Shown here: in pieces, positions 34,001 to 42,824 of the stretch
Position numbering within the stretch: the first letter of the stretch is position 1
How the letters are laid out: every line of letters begins with the position of its first letter
From: Chloroflexota bacterium
GTDB taxonomy: Bacteria > Chloroflexota > Anaerolineae > UBA4142
Assembly: GCA_037440365.1 (NCBI GenBank)
Contig: JBBIUF010000003.1
Span: 28,910-92,909, forward strand
Reading direction: 5' to 3'
DNA: 64,000 bases
Translations under genes and position numbers: made by a program
The notes under the pieces: model-generated
Seen by the model: only the letters and a program-made list of their open reading frames with translations
The model's database searches: none
What the model was told of the DNA's origin: nothing

Positions 34001-35571
34001 GCGCGTGGATTGAGCAACTAGCGGCGCAAAACCGCATCGTCGAAATTTCCATTGCGACAATGCGTGGTCCGCAAATGCGCTGGGTTCCCGCTGAACTTGC
34101 ACCGGAATACCAATCGCTGGCAAACGAAAATATATTGCGTCGAATGGTGCACCATTCGGGAATGCTCACGCGTGACGCGATCCTGGCTCGTTATGCATTC
34201 CCCGCAACCTGGTTCGACGAAACCATGACCCGCCTCACCGCATCAAACGAAATCGTGACGCTTGCCGCATCGCCCAACCACCCACTTGCTGAATATGTCG
34301 CGCGCTCCAACCTCGAACAGATTCATCGCCGCACCTTGACCTTGCTACGCAAAGAAATTCAGCCCGTCACTATTTTTCAATACGCGGATTTTCTTGCGCG
34401 CTGGCAACATCTTGCGTCGCGTTTGAAGGGTGCGGATGCATTGCCCCACGCGCTTGAACAATTACACGGCGTCGCGTTGCCGCTGACTGTGTGGGAAAAC
34501 GAAATTTTGCCCGCGCGGATCATTGATTTCGATCCGGCAGACCTTGCCGCGCTGTGCGAATCCGGCGAATGGGTCTGGGTCGCCCAAGCCAGTCGTGTGC
34601 GATTTTTCTTGCGCGGACAAGGCGCTGTGTTTCTCAATGCCGCGGCTGAATCGGCTTTATCGCCGGACGCGCAAAAAAATCTTGCGTTTCTCAAAACCGA
34701 AGGCGCATCGTTCACAAATGATTTGCCAGTTCGCGGATCGGCTGTCTTGACGGAATTGATCGCGGCGGGCGCGATTACGAATGATTCGCTCGACGCGGCG
34801 CGCACGCTGACTCAGCGAGTCAGCGCGACTGAACCATCGCAATTAGAATCCGATCTCGCGGCGCGCTTGGCGAACACACCGCGCGCGCTCACAGGATCGC
34901 GCTATCGCGATGCGAAACGGCGTGTGGCAAAACGCCTGCGCGCTGAAACGCCCACGGCGAAACAAGGACGCTGGTCACTCGTCCAGCGGGCTAGCCTCTG
35001 GGGAAATTTTTCCGCCGCTGAGCGCGCGGAAAAATTGGCGCGGGCTTTGCTCGCGCGATATGGCGTCGTCACGCGCGAATGTTTAGAACGCGAAGAGTTG
35101 CTCGGCGAATGGGCAACGCTATATCGGTTGTTTCAGCGTTGGGAAATGCGTGGCGAAATTCGGCGCGGCTATTTTGTGCAAGGTTTGAGCGGTGTGCAAT
35201 TTGCGATCAAGGATGCCGTCGAGGAACTCCGCGCGGCGCGCACTGATCGGTGCCTTGTCGTCAACGCGACGGATCCGGTGAACGTGTTCGGCGGCGAAAT
35301 TGCAGAGGCACCGCGTTTTATGCGGGTGGCATCCACCCGCATTGTGATCTTGCGAGGTGAACCCATTCTGATCGCGGAAGACAACGGCGAGCGCCTGACG
35401 ACGTGCGGCGATACCAACGCAATTCAGCGCGCGTTGCAAATTTATTTCGAATCTGCGCCACGTCACCTCGTCGTCAAGCAATGGAATCGCGCGCCGATCC
35501 TGGCAAGCGCGGGTGAAGCAATCTTGAACGCATTTGGATTTTATCGCACGCCCAAGTATATGGAAAAATAA
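31066..35571 (+). CDS. lhr: Lhr-family large ATP-dependent DEAD/DEAH-box helicase
   Basis: 1501 aa from ATG 31066. N-terminus F..VR.WF...F..PT..Q..GW, Walker A APTGSGKT, DEIH box, HHGSMS, QRIGRAGH. Long Lhr-type C-terminal extension. Confidence 0.9.
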   Translation: MSDPLGNFSVPVRTWFRETFGAPTPPQTQGWEPIQRGEHTLILAPTGSGKTMAAFLWGINQLYSASPTTQAGIHLLYLSPLKALNNDIERNLRAPLDGIRATASRLGVALPELRVAVRTGDTPQSARAAMLKQPPDILITTPESLYLMLTAPRARDLFRTTRTVIVDEIHTLVGNKRGVHLALSLERLEHLASARVQRIGLSATIQPLDQAARFLGGQEQWSVHSPQLANSSAFVFRPVTIVNANYHKSLDLRVVTVVNDFNDLPGETIWPSVVPQVLKDILTHRTTLIFANNRRLAERTADRLNAQFDAVQSEEIAPDSTEALAPGGLARDRGIFAIGAEGPFRAHHGSMSKEARHKMEQDLKNGILPALVGTSSLELGIDIGSVDLVVQLQSPKSVAQGLQRIGRAGHLVGQTSVGRIYATFREDVIEAAAIVRGMLDGAVEPTHTPENPLDVLAQHIVAMVACETWSASTLFDLVRQAYPYRALSRAAFNAVLDMLSGKFEKISAKISWDRVNDNLLALPGSRLLAMLNGGTIADTGAFGVYLPDGKTKVGELDEEFIFETRVGDAFLLGSHTWRVRDIADDRIVVEDAADATPRMPFWKGDYPWRPFELGVRIGKFRRVVAEKIAAHSVIARNVLGDEAIPNSDLEIASQKTLTMTPVVTWLQDEYRLDENSARNLIAHVQRQLDAVGVMADDHTIVVETFQDAIGEPRMVIHSPFGGRVNGAWALALTSAIRERYNIEPQTQTNDDGILFRFPQTTAPPADLVAPMTASDARDRIVRELPNSAVFGAHFRMNAARALLLPKMRGNKRTPFWLQRLKARDLLATLRRENDFPIIVETYRDCLRDVFDLPHLEEILDQIQRGEIRVVPLETVVPSPIASSLLFNFISVYMYAGDAPQAEHQMQALTLSREWLDDLLGHANTRELLKPEAIAAVEHSAQHDTLGFQARSAEELALILHELGDLTTDEISARCVGDAGAWIEQLAAQNRIVEISIATMRGPQMRWVPAELAPEYQSLANENILRRMVHHSGMLTRDAILARYAFPATWFDETMTRLTASNEIVTLAASPNHPLAEYVARSNLEQIHRRTLTLLRKEIQPVTIFQYADFLARWQHLASRLKGADALPHALEQLHGVALPLTVWENEILPARIIDFDPADLAALCESGEWVWVAQASRVRFFLRGQGAVFLNAAAESALSPDAQKNLAFLKTEGASFTNDLPVRGSAVLTELIAAGAITNDSLDAARTLTQRVSATEPSQLESDLAARLANTPRALTGSRYRDAKRRVAKRLRAETPTAKQGRWSLVQRASLWGNFSAAERAEKLARALLARYGVVTRECLEREELLGEWATLYRLFQRWEMRGEIRRGYFVQGLSGVQFAIKDAVEELRAARTDRCLVVNATDPVNVFGGEIAEAPRFMRVASTRIVILRGEPILIAEDNGERLTTCGDTNAIQRALQIYFESAPRHLVVKQWNRAPILASAGEAILNAFGFYRTPKYMEK
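32962..33044. repeat. Nested palindromic (REP/MITE-like) element lying in-frame inside lhr
   Basis: Outer arms GTCATTGCGAGG / GCTCACAATGAC (10/12 complementary). Inner arms CGAAGCAATC / GATTGCTTCG (10/10), extendable via CC/GG and AAT/ATT to a 5-nt loop. Confidence 0.7.
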
Positions 35572-35628
35572 ACGCGACGGCGGACCAGGGATAAAAGATC
35601 CAAAATTTTTCTCCGTCCAGAGGATTCA

Positions 35629-36960
35629 ATGAGCCAAACCAAAATCGTTCTCATCGGCGCCGGTAGTACCAGTTTCGGTGTGAACACGCTCGCCGATTTA
35701 TTTGCGATGCGTGAACATTTGCATGGCAGTCACATTGCGCTGTGCGATCTCGATGGCGCGAAGCTGGCGCGCGTGACGCAGTTGGCAGAGCAAATGAACG
35801 CGGCGACCGATGCTGGCTTTACGATCACGAGCGCTACAAACTATTGCGATGCGTTGCCCGCCGCGGACTTTGTGATCACGTCGGTCGAAACGGATCGCTT
35901 GGAATGCTGGAAACGGGATTGGCTGATTCCGCAAAAGTACGGCATTCGTCATGTGCTTGGCGAAAACGGCGGACCGGGCGGCTTGTCGCACGCGCTCCGC
36001 ACAATCGATCTGGTCCTGGGGATTGCGCGTCAAGTGGAGCGGCTTGCGCCACAAGCATATCTGCTTAACTTTACCAACCCGCTTGCGCGCGTGATGCTGG
36101 CCGTCACGCGCTATACGCATCTCAAAGCCATTGGCTTGTGCCACCAAGTCAACAAAGGGTACCTGCTTGTGGCGCAAGTGCTGGGATTGATCCCGCCGAG
36201 CGCAGAACATTTTCCATCGCCCGCGCTGGCGCGTGAATTGAAAACGCAGATTGATTTGCAAACGGCGGGTTTGAATCACAACACGTGGATTCAAGCGATG
36301 CGCGAGCGCGCGACCGGGCGCGATCTGTATCCTGCGTTTCGCGCGCGCCTGCAAAATTATGATCCGACCTTTGAACCCTTGTCGCGACGATTGCTCAATG
36401 CGTTTGGCTTGTACCCCGCCATTGGCGATGGACATGTCGGTGAATATTTTGCGTATGCGTATGAAACCAGCGATCTCAAAGGTTATGATTTCGATCATTA
36501 TGCGGCGGGCGGTGTCGCCTTGGATGCGCGCGTCGATCACGTAATTCATCATGCGGATGCCCTGCGCGAATTTTTGGAATGGGAATCGGCGGAGCGCGCC
36601 GCAAGCATTATCGCCGGCATTGTGAACGATTGGCATTCGTACGAAGTGACTGTCAACGTGGTGAATCACGGCGCACTCCCTGGTTTGCCCGATTGGGCGG
36701 TGGTCGAAGTGCCGGGTGTGGTGAGCGCCAATGGCGTTACGCCCTTGCGCGTGCCAGCCCTGCCGCCAGCCATCACCGCCGCGCTCAATCAGCAAGCCGC
36801 GATCCAGGATCGTGTGGTGGTTGCCGCCGTGCACGGCGATCGTAACGCCGCCCTGCAAGCGCTCTTGCTCGATCCCTTGATCGCAAGTTATTCTGTCGCG
36901 GAGCAATTGCTCGATGAATTGTTGACCGCGCAGAAAAATTATTTGCCAATGTTCCAATAG
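35629..36960 (+). CDS. Glycoside hydrolase family 4 (NAD+/Mn2+-dependent alpha-glucosidase/galactosidase type)
   Basis: 443 aa. N-terminal KIVLIGAGSTSFG Rossmann motif. GLCHQ motif. Length fits GH4. Confidence 0.85.
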   Translation: MSQTKIVLIGAGSTSFGVNTLADLFAMREHLHGSHIALCDLDGAKLARVTQLAEQMNAATDAGFTITSATNYCDALPAADFVITSVETDRLECWKRDWLIPQKYGIRHVLGENGGPGGLSHALRTIDLVLGIARQVERLAPQAYLLNFTNPLARVMLAVTRYTHLKAIGLCHQVNKGYLLVAQVLGLIPPSAEHFPSPALARELKTQIDLQTAGLNHNTWIQAMRERATGRDLYPAFRARLQNYDPTFEPLSRRLLNAFGLYPAIGDGHVGEYFAYAYETSDLKGYDFDHYAAGGVALDARVDHVIHHADALREFLEWESAERAASIIAGIVNDWHSYEVTVNVVNHGALPGLPDWAVVEVPGVVSANGVTPLRVPALPPAITAALNQQAAIQDRVVVAAVHGDRNAALQALLLDPLIASYSVAEQLLDELLTAQKNYLPMFQ

Positions 36961-37015
36961 CCAGTCCGCAATCCGATGCGATTGCCTGGCATTAAACACC
37001 TATAAAGGAGTTGAG

Positions 37016-38092
37016 ATGCGCGATTATCATGTTGCCGTGATTCCCGGCGATGGAATTGGTCAAGAGGTCACGCCCGAAGGAATCCGGGTGTTGGACGAAG
37101 TGGGAAAACTCACCGGCGCATTCAAGATGCGTTATGATTCTTTTCCCTGGGGCTGTGAATATTATTTGAAAACTGGCAAGATGATGGCAGATGATGGTTT
37201 GAAAACGCTGGAGCAATTCGACATTATTTACTTTGGCGCAGTTGGTTTCCCCGCGCTCGTGCCAGATCATATTTCGTTGCGCGGCTTGCGCCTGCCGATT
37301 TGCCAGGGCTTTGATCAGTACGTTTGCTTGCGGCCCAGTTTGCTGTTGCCAGGGATTACGAGCCCGCTCGCTGGCAAAAAACCAGGTGATATTGATCTCG
37401 TGGTCGTCCGCGAAAATACGGAAGGCGAATACACCGGCGCGGGCGGACGCGCCCATCGCGGCTTGCCGATTGAGTTGGCGATTGAAACGTCCGTGTTTAC
37501 GCGGGTTGGTGTTGAGCGCGTGATTCGATATGCATTCAAGTTGGCGCAAGCGCGCCGCAAAAAATTGGCGAACGCCACCAAGTCGAACGCGCAACAACAT
37601 TCGATGACATTCTGGGATGAAATTTTTATCGAGGTGGGCAAAGAATTTCCGGAGGTGGCAACCGAGCGCGTCCTCATTGATGCCATGGCGGCGCGTTTTG
37701 TTCTGCGTCCCGAATCGCTCGATGTTATAGTCGGCAGTAATTTATTCGGCGATATTCTCACCGATCTCGGCGGCGCGATCTGTGCGAGTCTGGGCTTGGC
37801 GGCGAGCGGCAACATCAATCCCGAGCGGACCTATCCTTCGATGTTTGAGCCGGTGCATGGCTCTGCGCCGGATATTTTTGGTAAGGGTATCGCTAATCCG
37901 ATCGCGATGATTTGGTGCGGCGCGATGATGATTGACTTTCTCGGTGAAAAGGCAGGCGCAGATTTAATGCTGGCGGCGATCAAGGCACTGACCGCTGAAG
38001 GCAAAACACTCACGCCTGATCTCGGCGGTACGGCAAATACGCGCCAAGTGACCGACGCCATCATTGAAAAATTACGCGTCATCACGGGGTAA
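37016..38092 (+). CDS. Tartrate dehydrogenase/decarboxylase (isocitrate/isopropylmalate dehydrogenase family)
   Basis: 358 aa. HVAVIPGDGIGQEV N-terminus, NLFGDILTDLG motif. Size and sequence are typical of the TtuC/D-malate dehydrogenase subgroup. Confidence 0.8.
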   Translation: MRDYHVAVIPGDGIGQEVTPEGIRVLDEVGKLTGAFKMRYDSFPWGCEYYLKTGKMMADDGLKTLEQFDIIYFGAVGFPALVPDHISLRGLRLPICQGFDQYVCLRPSLLLPGITSPLAGKKPGDIDLVVVRENTEGEYTGAGGRAHRGLPIELAIETSVFTRVGVERVIRYAFKLAQARRKKLANATKSNAQQHSMTFWDEIFIEVGKEFPEVATERVLIDAMAARFVLRPESLDVIVGSNLFGDILTDLGGAICASLGLAASGNINPERTYPSMFEPVHGSAPDIFGKGIANPIAMIWCGAMMIDFLGEKAGADLMLAAIKALTAEGKTLTPDLGGTANTRQVTDAIIEKLRVITG

Positions 38093-38205
38093 TCGCGTAA
38101 AAATTTTCACCCGATTTTGACCCGCCTTTGACTTGGGTCTGTTAGAATCAACATAGCTTCAGCGGCTCGCGACGACGCGGTTCGCATGAATCAAATTGGT
38201 AATGA

Positions 38206-38237
38206 GCGCCTCTCAGCATTGGGAGGCGTTTTATTTT
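38206..38237 (+). terminator. Intrinsic terminator-like hairpin in the ttuC-DASS intergenic region
   Basis: CGCCTC-10 nt-GAGGCG followed by TTTTATTTT. Lies 114 nt after the stop at 38092 and 65 nt before the ATG at 38302. Confidence 0.6.
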
Positions 38238-38301
38238 GTGCGGATCGCAATTTCGCTTGCCGTCATGCAAGTCGAAATAAATTTCTCAGGGTGGAGGACA
38301 A

Positions 38302-39765
38302 ATGAAACTCAATTGGAAAGTGGTGATTCCCTTATTGGTGTGGGCTGTGCTAGTTGCCTATGGGTATTTGTTTGGTGTACCCGCTGGGCTGACAATGAGC
38401 GCTTGGTTGTATTTTGCGCTCTTTGCCGCCGTGATCGTTGGATTGATTCTGGAACCGCTTCCCGCCGCCGCGATTGGTTTGATCGGCGTTACGGTTGCGG
38501 CGACGATGCGTTACGTCAACGCAGACATGACCGCATCGGTCACGTGGGCGTTGAGCGGTTTTCAAGACACAACTGTTTGGCTGATCTTTGGCGCGTTCGT
38601 GTTTTCGATGGGTTATAACAAAACTGGCTTGGGCCGCCGCATTGCGTTGATCTTGGTGCGTTGGCTCGGCGGACGCACGCTGGGTTTGGGCTATGCAATC
38701 ACGCTCGCCGACCTGGTGCTTGCGCCTGGCACGCCGTCGAATACCGCGCGCAGTGGCGGCACGATCTATCCCGTGATTCGCAACATTCCAAGCTTGTACG
38801 GTTCCGAGCCCAACTCGCCGACCGCGCGCAAGATCGGCTCGTACATCATGTGGACGGCGTTTGCCGCAACGTGCGTGACCAGTTCCATGTTCATTACGGC
38901 ACTTGCGCCGAATGCCGCGGCGCTCACGCTGGTCAAAACCGCCACCAAGCTCGACATCAACTGGTTGCAATGGTTCATGGGCTTTTTGCCAGTTGGTATT
39001 GTCTTGCTTTTGCTCGTTCCGGTGGTGACTTATTTTGTGTACCCGCCCGAAATCAAAACGAGTAAAGAGATTCCGGTGTGGGCAGGCAAAGAACTCGACA
39101 AGATGGGCCAAGTGTCGCGCCCCGAGATCATTATGATTGGCTTGGTCTTGCTGGCGATCTTTTTGTGGATCACCGGTTCCAACGTCTTGTTCCAATTGCC
39201 GTACTTTGGCACCAATTTTATCAATGCGACAACCGTCGTGTTGCTTGGAATCGCGTTGATGTTGATCACGAACGTTGTAACCTGGGACGAAGTCCTGGGG
39301 AACAAGGGCGCCTGGAATGTGCTCGTCTGGTTTGCCACGCTCGTTACGTTGGCGAACGGTTTGAACCTGGTTGGTTTTGTCGCGTGGTTTGCTAAACTCG
39401 CCGCCGCGCCCCTGCAAGGTTTTGATCCCATTGTCGCTATGGCGCTCCTCGTCGCTTTGTTCTTCTTTATCCACTATTTCTTTGCGTCGTTGAGTGCACA
39501 CACCGCCGCCGTGTTGCCGGTCATCCTGACGATCGGGACCAAGATTCCGGGGATTCCGATTTTGCCCTTTGCGTTGCTGTTAGTCTACTCACTCGGTTTG
39601 ATGGGCGTCATCTCGCCCTATGCCACTGGACCTTCGCCGATTTATTACGGCAGTGGCTATATCTCCCGCACCGATTTCTGGAAACTCGGCTTGATCTTTG
39701 GTTTGATCTTTTTCGCCGCGTTGTTGCTCATCGGCATGCCCTGGTTACTGAACGTCAAAATTTAA
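38302..39765 (+). CDS. DASS-family anion:cation symporter/antiporter (2-oxoglutarate/malate or tartrate/succinate type)
   Basis: 487 aa, polytopic. Has the SNTARSGG hairpin motif of the DASS/CitT family. GGAGGA RBS. Confidence 0.85.
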   Translation: MKLNWKVVIPLLVWAVLVAYGYLFGVPAGLTMSAWLYFALFAAVIVGLILEPLPAAAIGLIGVTVAATMRYVNADMTASVTWALSGFQDTTVWLIFGAFVFSMGYNKTGLGRRIALILVRWLGGRTLGLGYAITLADLVLAPGTPSNTARSGGTIYPVIRNIPSLYGSEPNSPTARKIGSYIMWTAFAATCVTSSMFITALAPNAAALTLVKTATKLDINWLQWFMGFLPVGIVLLLLVPVVTYFVYPPEIKTSKEIPVWAGKELDKMGQVSRPEIIMIGLVLLAIFLWITGSNVLFQLPYFGTNFINATTVVLLGIALMLITNVVTWDEVLGNKGAWNVLVWFATLVTLANGLNLVGFVAWFAKLAAAPLQGFDPIVAMALLVALFFFIHYFFASLSAHTAAVLPVILTIGTKIPGIPILPFALLLVYSLGLMGVISPYATGPSPIYYGSGYISRTDFWKLGLIFGLIFFAALLLIGMPWLLNVKI

Positions 39766-39782
39766 CACGCACGGCTTGAAAA

Positions 39783-39821
39783 ATAATCGGCGCGCGGTAC
39801 GCCACGCGCCGATTATTTTTA
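39783..39821 (+). terminator. Intrinsic terminator after the DASS transporter gene
   Basis: ATAATCGGCGCG-10 nt-CGCGCCGATTAT (perfect 12-bp stem) followed by TTTTT. Confidence 0.8.
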
Positions 39822-39900
39822 TGCGGATCAAAACATTCACTGCAACAAAGGTTTGCGTGTTCACGCGCGCAATGCTATAATGCGCGCGGAGGGAAAAACA

Positions 39901-40173
39901 ATGGCATGGCGTCAGTGGAGCGTGATTGTCGTTTTGATTTTGGCAAACCTGGTCGTATTCAGTTTGGTGGCAACATTGGTTTTTCCAGTGCCGATTCAAC
40001 TTGCGCCAACGCACGTTGCGCGCCCAACCTTCACACCCGGTATGCCGCCTTTGCAACCGGTTGGCACACTTACGTATGATTTTCTCACGCCAACCATCAC
40101 GCCAACGGGGACTCCCACCGCAACGCTTACCGGCACCGTCAAATCAACCCTGGTGCCAACCAAGAGTCCGTGA
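39901..40173 (+). CDS. Small membrane-anchored protein with Pro/Thr-rich tail (90 aa)
   Basis: ATG 39901 has a GGAGGG RBS and an upstream TTGCGT-17 nt-TATAAT (39853-39881). One TM helix, then a T/P-rich low-complexity tail. Confidence 0.55.
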   Translation: MAWRQWSVIVVLILANLVVFSLVATLVFPVPIQLAPTHVARPTFTPGMPPLQPVGTLTYDFLTPTITPTGTPTATLTGTVKSTLVPTKSP

Positions 40174-40177
40174 AATC

Positions 40178-40210
40178 AAAAACCAGGTTTCTTGATGAAA
40201 CCTGGTTTTT
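40178..40210. terminator. Bidirectional intrinsic terminator between convergent genes
   Basis: AAAAACCAGGTTTC-TTGAT-GAAACCTGGTTTTT. A/T runs on both sides serve both strands. Confidence 0.8.
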
Positions 40211-40217
40211 ATTTTGC

Positions 40218-41408
40218 TTACTTGCCTGCTTTCTTCAACGTCTCCGGCAACAACGCCGCCGCTTGCTGTACCTGCTTGGTCGAACACGAAAATGCAAAGC
40301 GGATATGTCCCGCGCCTGCCGCGCCAAATGCCGAACCTGGAGCCGCGCCGATGCCAGCCGTGTCAATCAAGTAATTCGTCATGGACCAGTCATCATTCAT
40401 ACCATTATAGCCGACCCAATCCGGTGACATTTTGCACCACAAGTAAAATGCGCCACCTGGCTTAAAGGGCATCACATACGGCGCTTCGACCAGCGCATCG
40501 TGCAAGGTATCGCGGCGCAATTGGTACTCGACTGCCATGGCGAGCGTGGCGTCTTGCGGCGCATTCAGCGCGGCGGTCGCGCCCCACTGCGCCACCGAGT
40601 TCACGCCGTTGATCGTGCACCGCACCAATTTTTTGATCCGCTCTAAAATCCATGCTTGCGGAATGACGAGATACCCCATTCGCAAACCACTCATCGCATA
40701 CGTTTTCGACATTGAGAATACGGTAATTGTGCGTTCACGCGCGGCGGGCAATGAGCCAATGCTGATATGTTGCAAGCCGTCAAAAATTACATGCTCATAG
40801 GCTTCATCGCTAACGATGTACAAATTGTGCTTGTCCGCAATCGCCGCGATCGCTTCCAGGGTTTCCCGGCTTGCCACCGCGCCGGTTGGGTTATGCGGCG
40901 TGTTGATGAAAATTGCGCGCGTGCGCGGCGTGATTGCCGCTTCGATCTCCGCCGGATCGTACTCGTAATGATTATCTTCGCGCAAACGCACCGGCACCGC
41001 CGTGCCCCCGCCCAGCCGAATGTTTTCCGCAATCTCAGTCCACATCGGATCCGGCAAAATCACTTCGTCGCCCGCATCCAGCAGTGCGCGAAATAAAATG
41101 TACAGCCCGTGCATCCCGCCATTCGTCACGACCACGTGATCCGCACTGGGAACCGTCAGCCCATTTTGTTGCGCCACCTTGCGCACAATCGCATCGCGCA
41201 ATTGCGGAATGCCCGTCGAAGCGGTATAGTGCGTCAAACCATCCCGCAACGCTTTTTCCATCGCCTCGCGCACATGCACCGGAATATCGAACGACGGATC
41301 GCCCGATTCCAAGCGCAACACTTGGCGCCCGCGCGCCTGCTGTTCGAGCAGACGATCGCGCACTTGCACAATCGCGCCTAACGAAACCTGATCCACTATG
41401 TGCGTCAT
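40218..41408 (-). CDS. Pyridoxal-phosphate-dependent aminotransferase, class I/II (aspartate aminotransferase-like)
   Basis: 396 aa. NPHNPTG-type motif (NTPHNPTGAV) and SMSKTYAMSGLRMGY PLP-lysine region. Confidence 0.9.
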   Translation of the reverse strand: MTHIVDQVSLGAIVQVRDRLLEQQARGRQVLRLESGDPSFDIPVHVREAMEKALRDGLTHYTASTGIPQLRDAIVRKVAQQNGLTVPSADHVVVTNGGMHGLYILFRALLDAGDEVILPDPMWTEIAENIRLGGGTAVPVRLREDNHYEYDPAEIEAAITPRTRAIFINTPHNPTGAVASRETLEAIAAIADKHNLYIVSDEAYEHVIFDGLQHISIGSLPAARERTITVFSMSKTYAMSGLRMGYLVIPQAWILERIKKLVRCTINGVNSVAQWGATAALNAPQDATLAMAVEYQLRRDTLHDALVEAPYVMPFKPGGAFYLWCKMSPDWVGYNGMNDDWSMTNYLIDTAGIGAAPGSAFGAAGAGHIRFAFSCSTKQVQQAAALLPETLKKAGK

Positions 41409-41598
41409 GCTCCTCCTCCTCCCCCAAAAAATTGATTGCTGATATCCTAGTCGAGTAAATCAAAACGCGGATCGCTGTAGATCAACGCGGTTTGTATCCC
41501 GCGCGCATCTGCATTGATCCGCGTCCCTGTTCGATTCGACCGTTGCGCTCACGCCGCAAGCGCAAATCTAATTTGCCCGATTTTACGCATTTTAGCAA

Positions 41599-42771
41599 TT
41601 AAGGCAAGTTGACTTGATCGCCCTCGTTGACTCCGCTGACGATCTCGGTCTGATTGCCATCGCTCACACCTACCTCGACCACCACGTCGCGCGCGCCGCT
41701 ACCGGTGATCACTTGCACCGCCTTGCGCGTGCCCACATTTTTCAGCGCGCGATTCGGCACGAGCAGGACACCGTGTTTTTCGATGGTTTGAATTTTGAGA
41801 TTCGCGCCCATCCCTGGTCGCACCTTGAAATTCTTGAAATCGAAATCCACTACCGCGCTATAGACTGTGCTTCCACGTTGCGCGGTTGAGGCAGGAAACA
41901 AACGCGTTACTTTGCCCGAATATATCTCGCCGGGAAATGCGTCCAGCCGCACCTCTACTTTTTGTCCAACTTGGGCATTCGCGATATCAATCTCGTCAAT
42001 GTCGGCGGCAATTTCCAACGCGGATAAATCGGCAACCGAAGCCAGCGGCGTATAGCCACCCACCAGCTCGCCTTCATGCACGGTGACCTCGGTCACCGTG
42101 CCGGCGAACGGCGCGGTCAATTTTGTTTGCGCGAGTGCGGCTTTGGCCGTATCGAGATCATACTGCGCGTTCGTCACCGCGTTTTGCAATGTAGCGAGTT
42201 CTTCTTTTGTTGCGCCATTCGTCAAACGATTAAAACTCGCGCGCGCAATGTCAAGATCGGCGCGCGCGATCTCGCGTCCGGCATCGTTCTGCGCATTGGG
42301 CGTCGCGGTATACGCGGCTTCGGCGGCGGCAACCGCGACCGTCGCTTTACGCAAATTGGCGCGCGCGATCTCCAGGTCTTCATCGCGCGGTGCCGCTTTG
42401 GCGCGCGCGAGATCGAATTGGCGCGATTGCAAATTCAACTCGGCTTGCTTGACGCGACGCGCGCTGTCGTCCGCGCGCAGAGACACGATCACGTCGCTCG
42501 GCGTCACCTCATCGCCTTCCATCTTGTTGACACTCTGCACAATCCCGGACATGGGCAGTGACAGTCGCGCCGATTTTTTCGCGCGCACTTTGCCGGTTGC
42601 GCTGACGGTGGCACTGAGATCGCCGCGCCGCACCACGACGAGATTGGGTGGCGCGGTTTTCGGCGTGATTTGTGTGAGTGCAAGCGTAACCGCCACAATC
42701 AAAACGATGAGGACTGCCGCGCCAAGCACCAAATTTTTTCGAGTGAATTTGAAAGCCAAGTGGAACTTCAT
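41599..42771 (-). CDS. HlyD/MacA-like efflux periplasmic adaptor protein
   Basis: 390 aa. N-terminal TM helix, lipoyl motif (EGDEVTPSDVIVSL), coiled-coil hairpin, beta-barrel and MP domains. No cognate pump gene is adjacent in this window. Confidence 0.85.
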   Translation of the reverse strand: MKFHLAFKFTRKNLVLGAAVLIVLIVAVTLALTQITPKTAPPNLVVVRRGDLSATVSATGKVRAKKSARLSLPMSGIVQSVNKMEGDEVTPSDVIVSLRADDSARRVKQAELNLQSRQFDLARAKAAPRDEDLEIARANLRKATVAVAAAEAAYTATPNAQNDAGREIARADLDIARASFNRLTNGATKEELATLQNAVTNAQYDLDTAKAALAQTKLTAPFAGTVTEVTVHEGELVGGYTPLASVADLSALEIAADIDEIDIANAQVGQKVEVRLDAFPGEIYSGKVTRLFPASTAQRGSTVYSAVVDFDFKNFKVRPGMGANLKIQTIEKHGVLLVPNRALKNVGTRKAVQVITGSGARDVVVEVGVSDGNQTEIVSGVNEGDQVNLP

Positions 42772-42824
42772 AAAAAAACTCCAACGCGAATAGATAAAAT
42801 GGAATGCGTGATGATGTTCCGCGT

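Noticed and set aside
35698-36999. 433-aa ORF on the minus strand covering the whole GH4 gene. Similar long antisense ORFs occur at 25528-26793 (421 aa, opposite the ABC exporter), 38350-39501 (383 aa, opposite the DASS transporter), 27000-27737 and 48367-49161.
   Set aside because: Their Arg/His/Gln/Gly-rich composition is typical of the reverse frame of GC-rich genes. They have no RBS and no recognisable family. The sense-strand ORFs carry clear family motifs.
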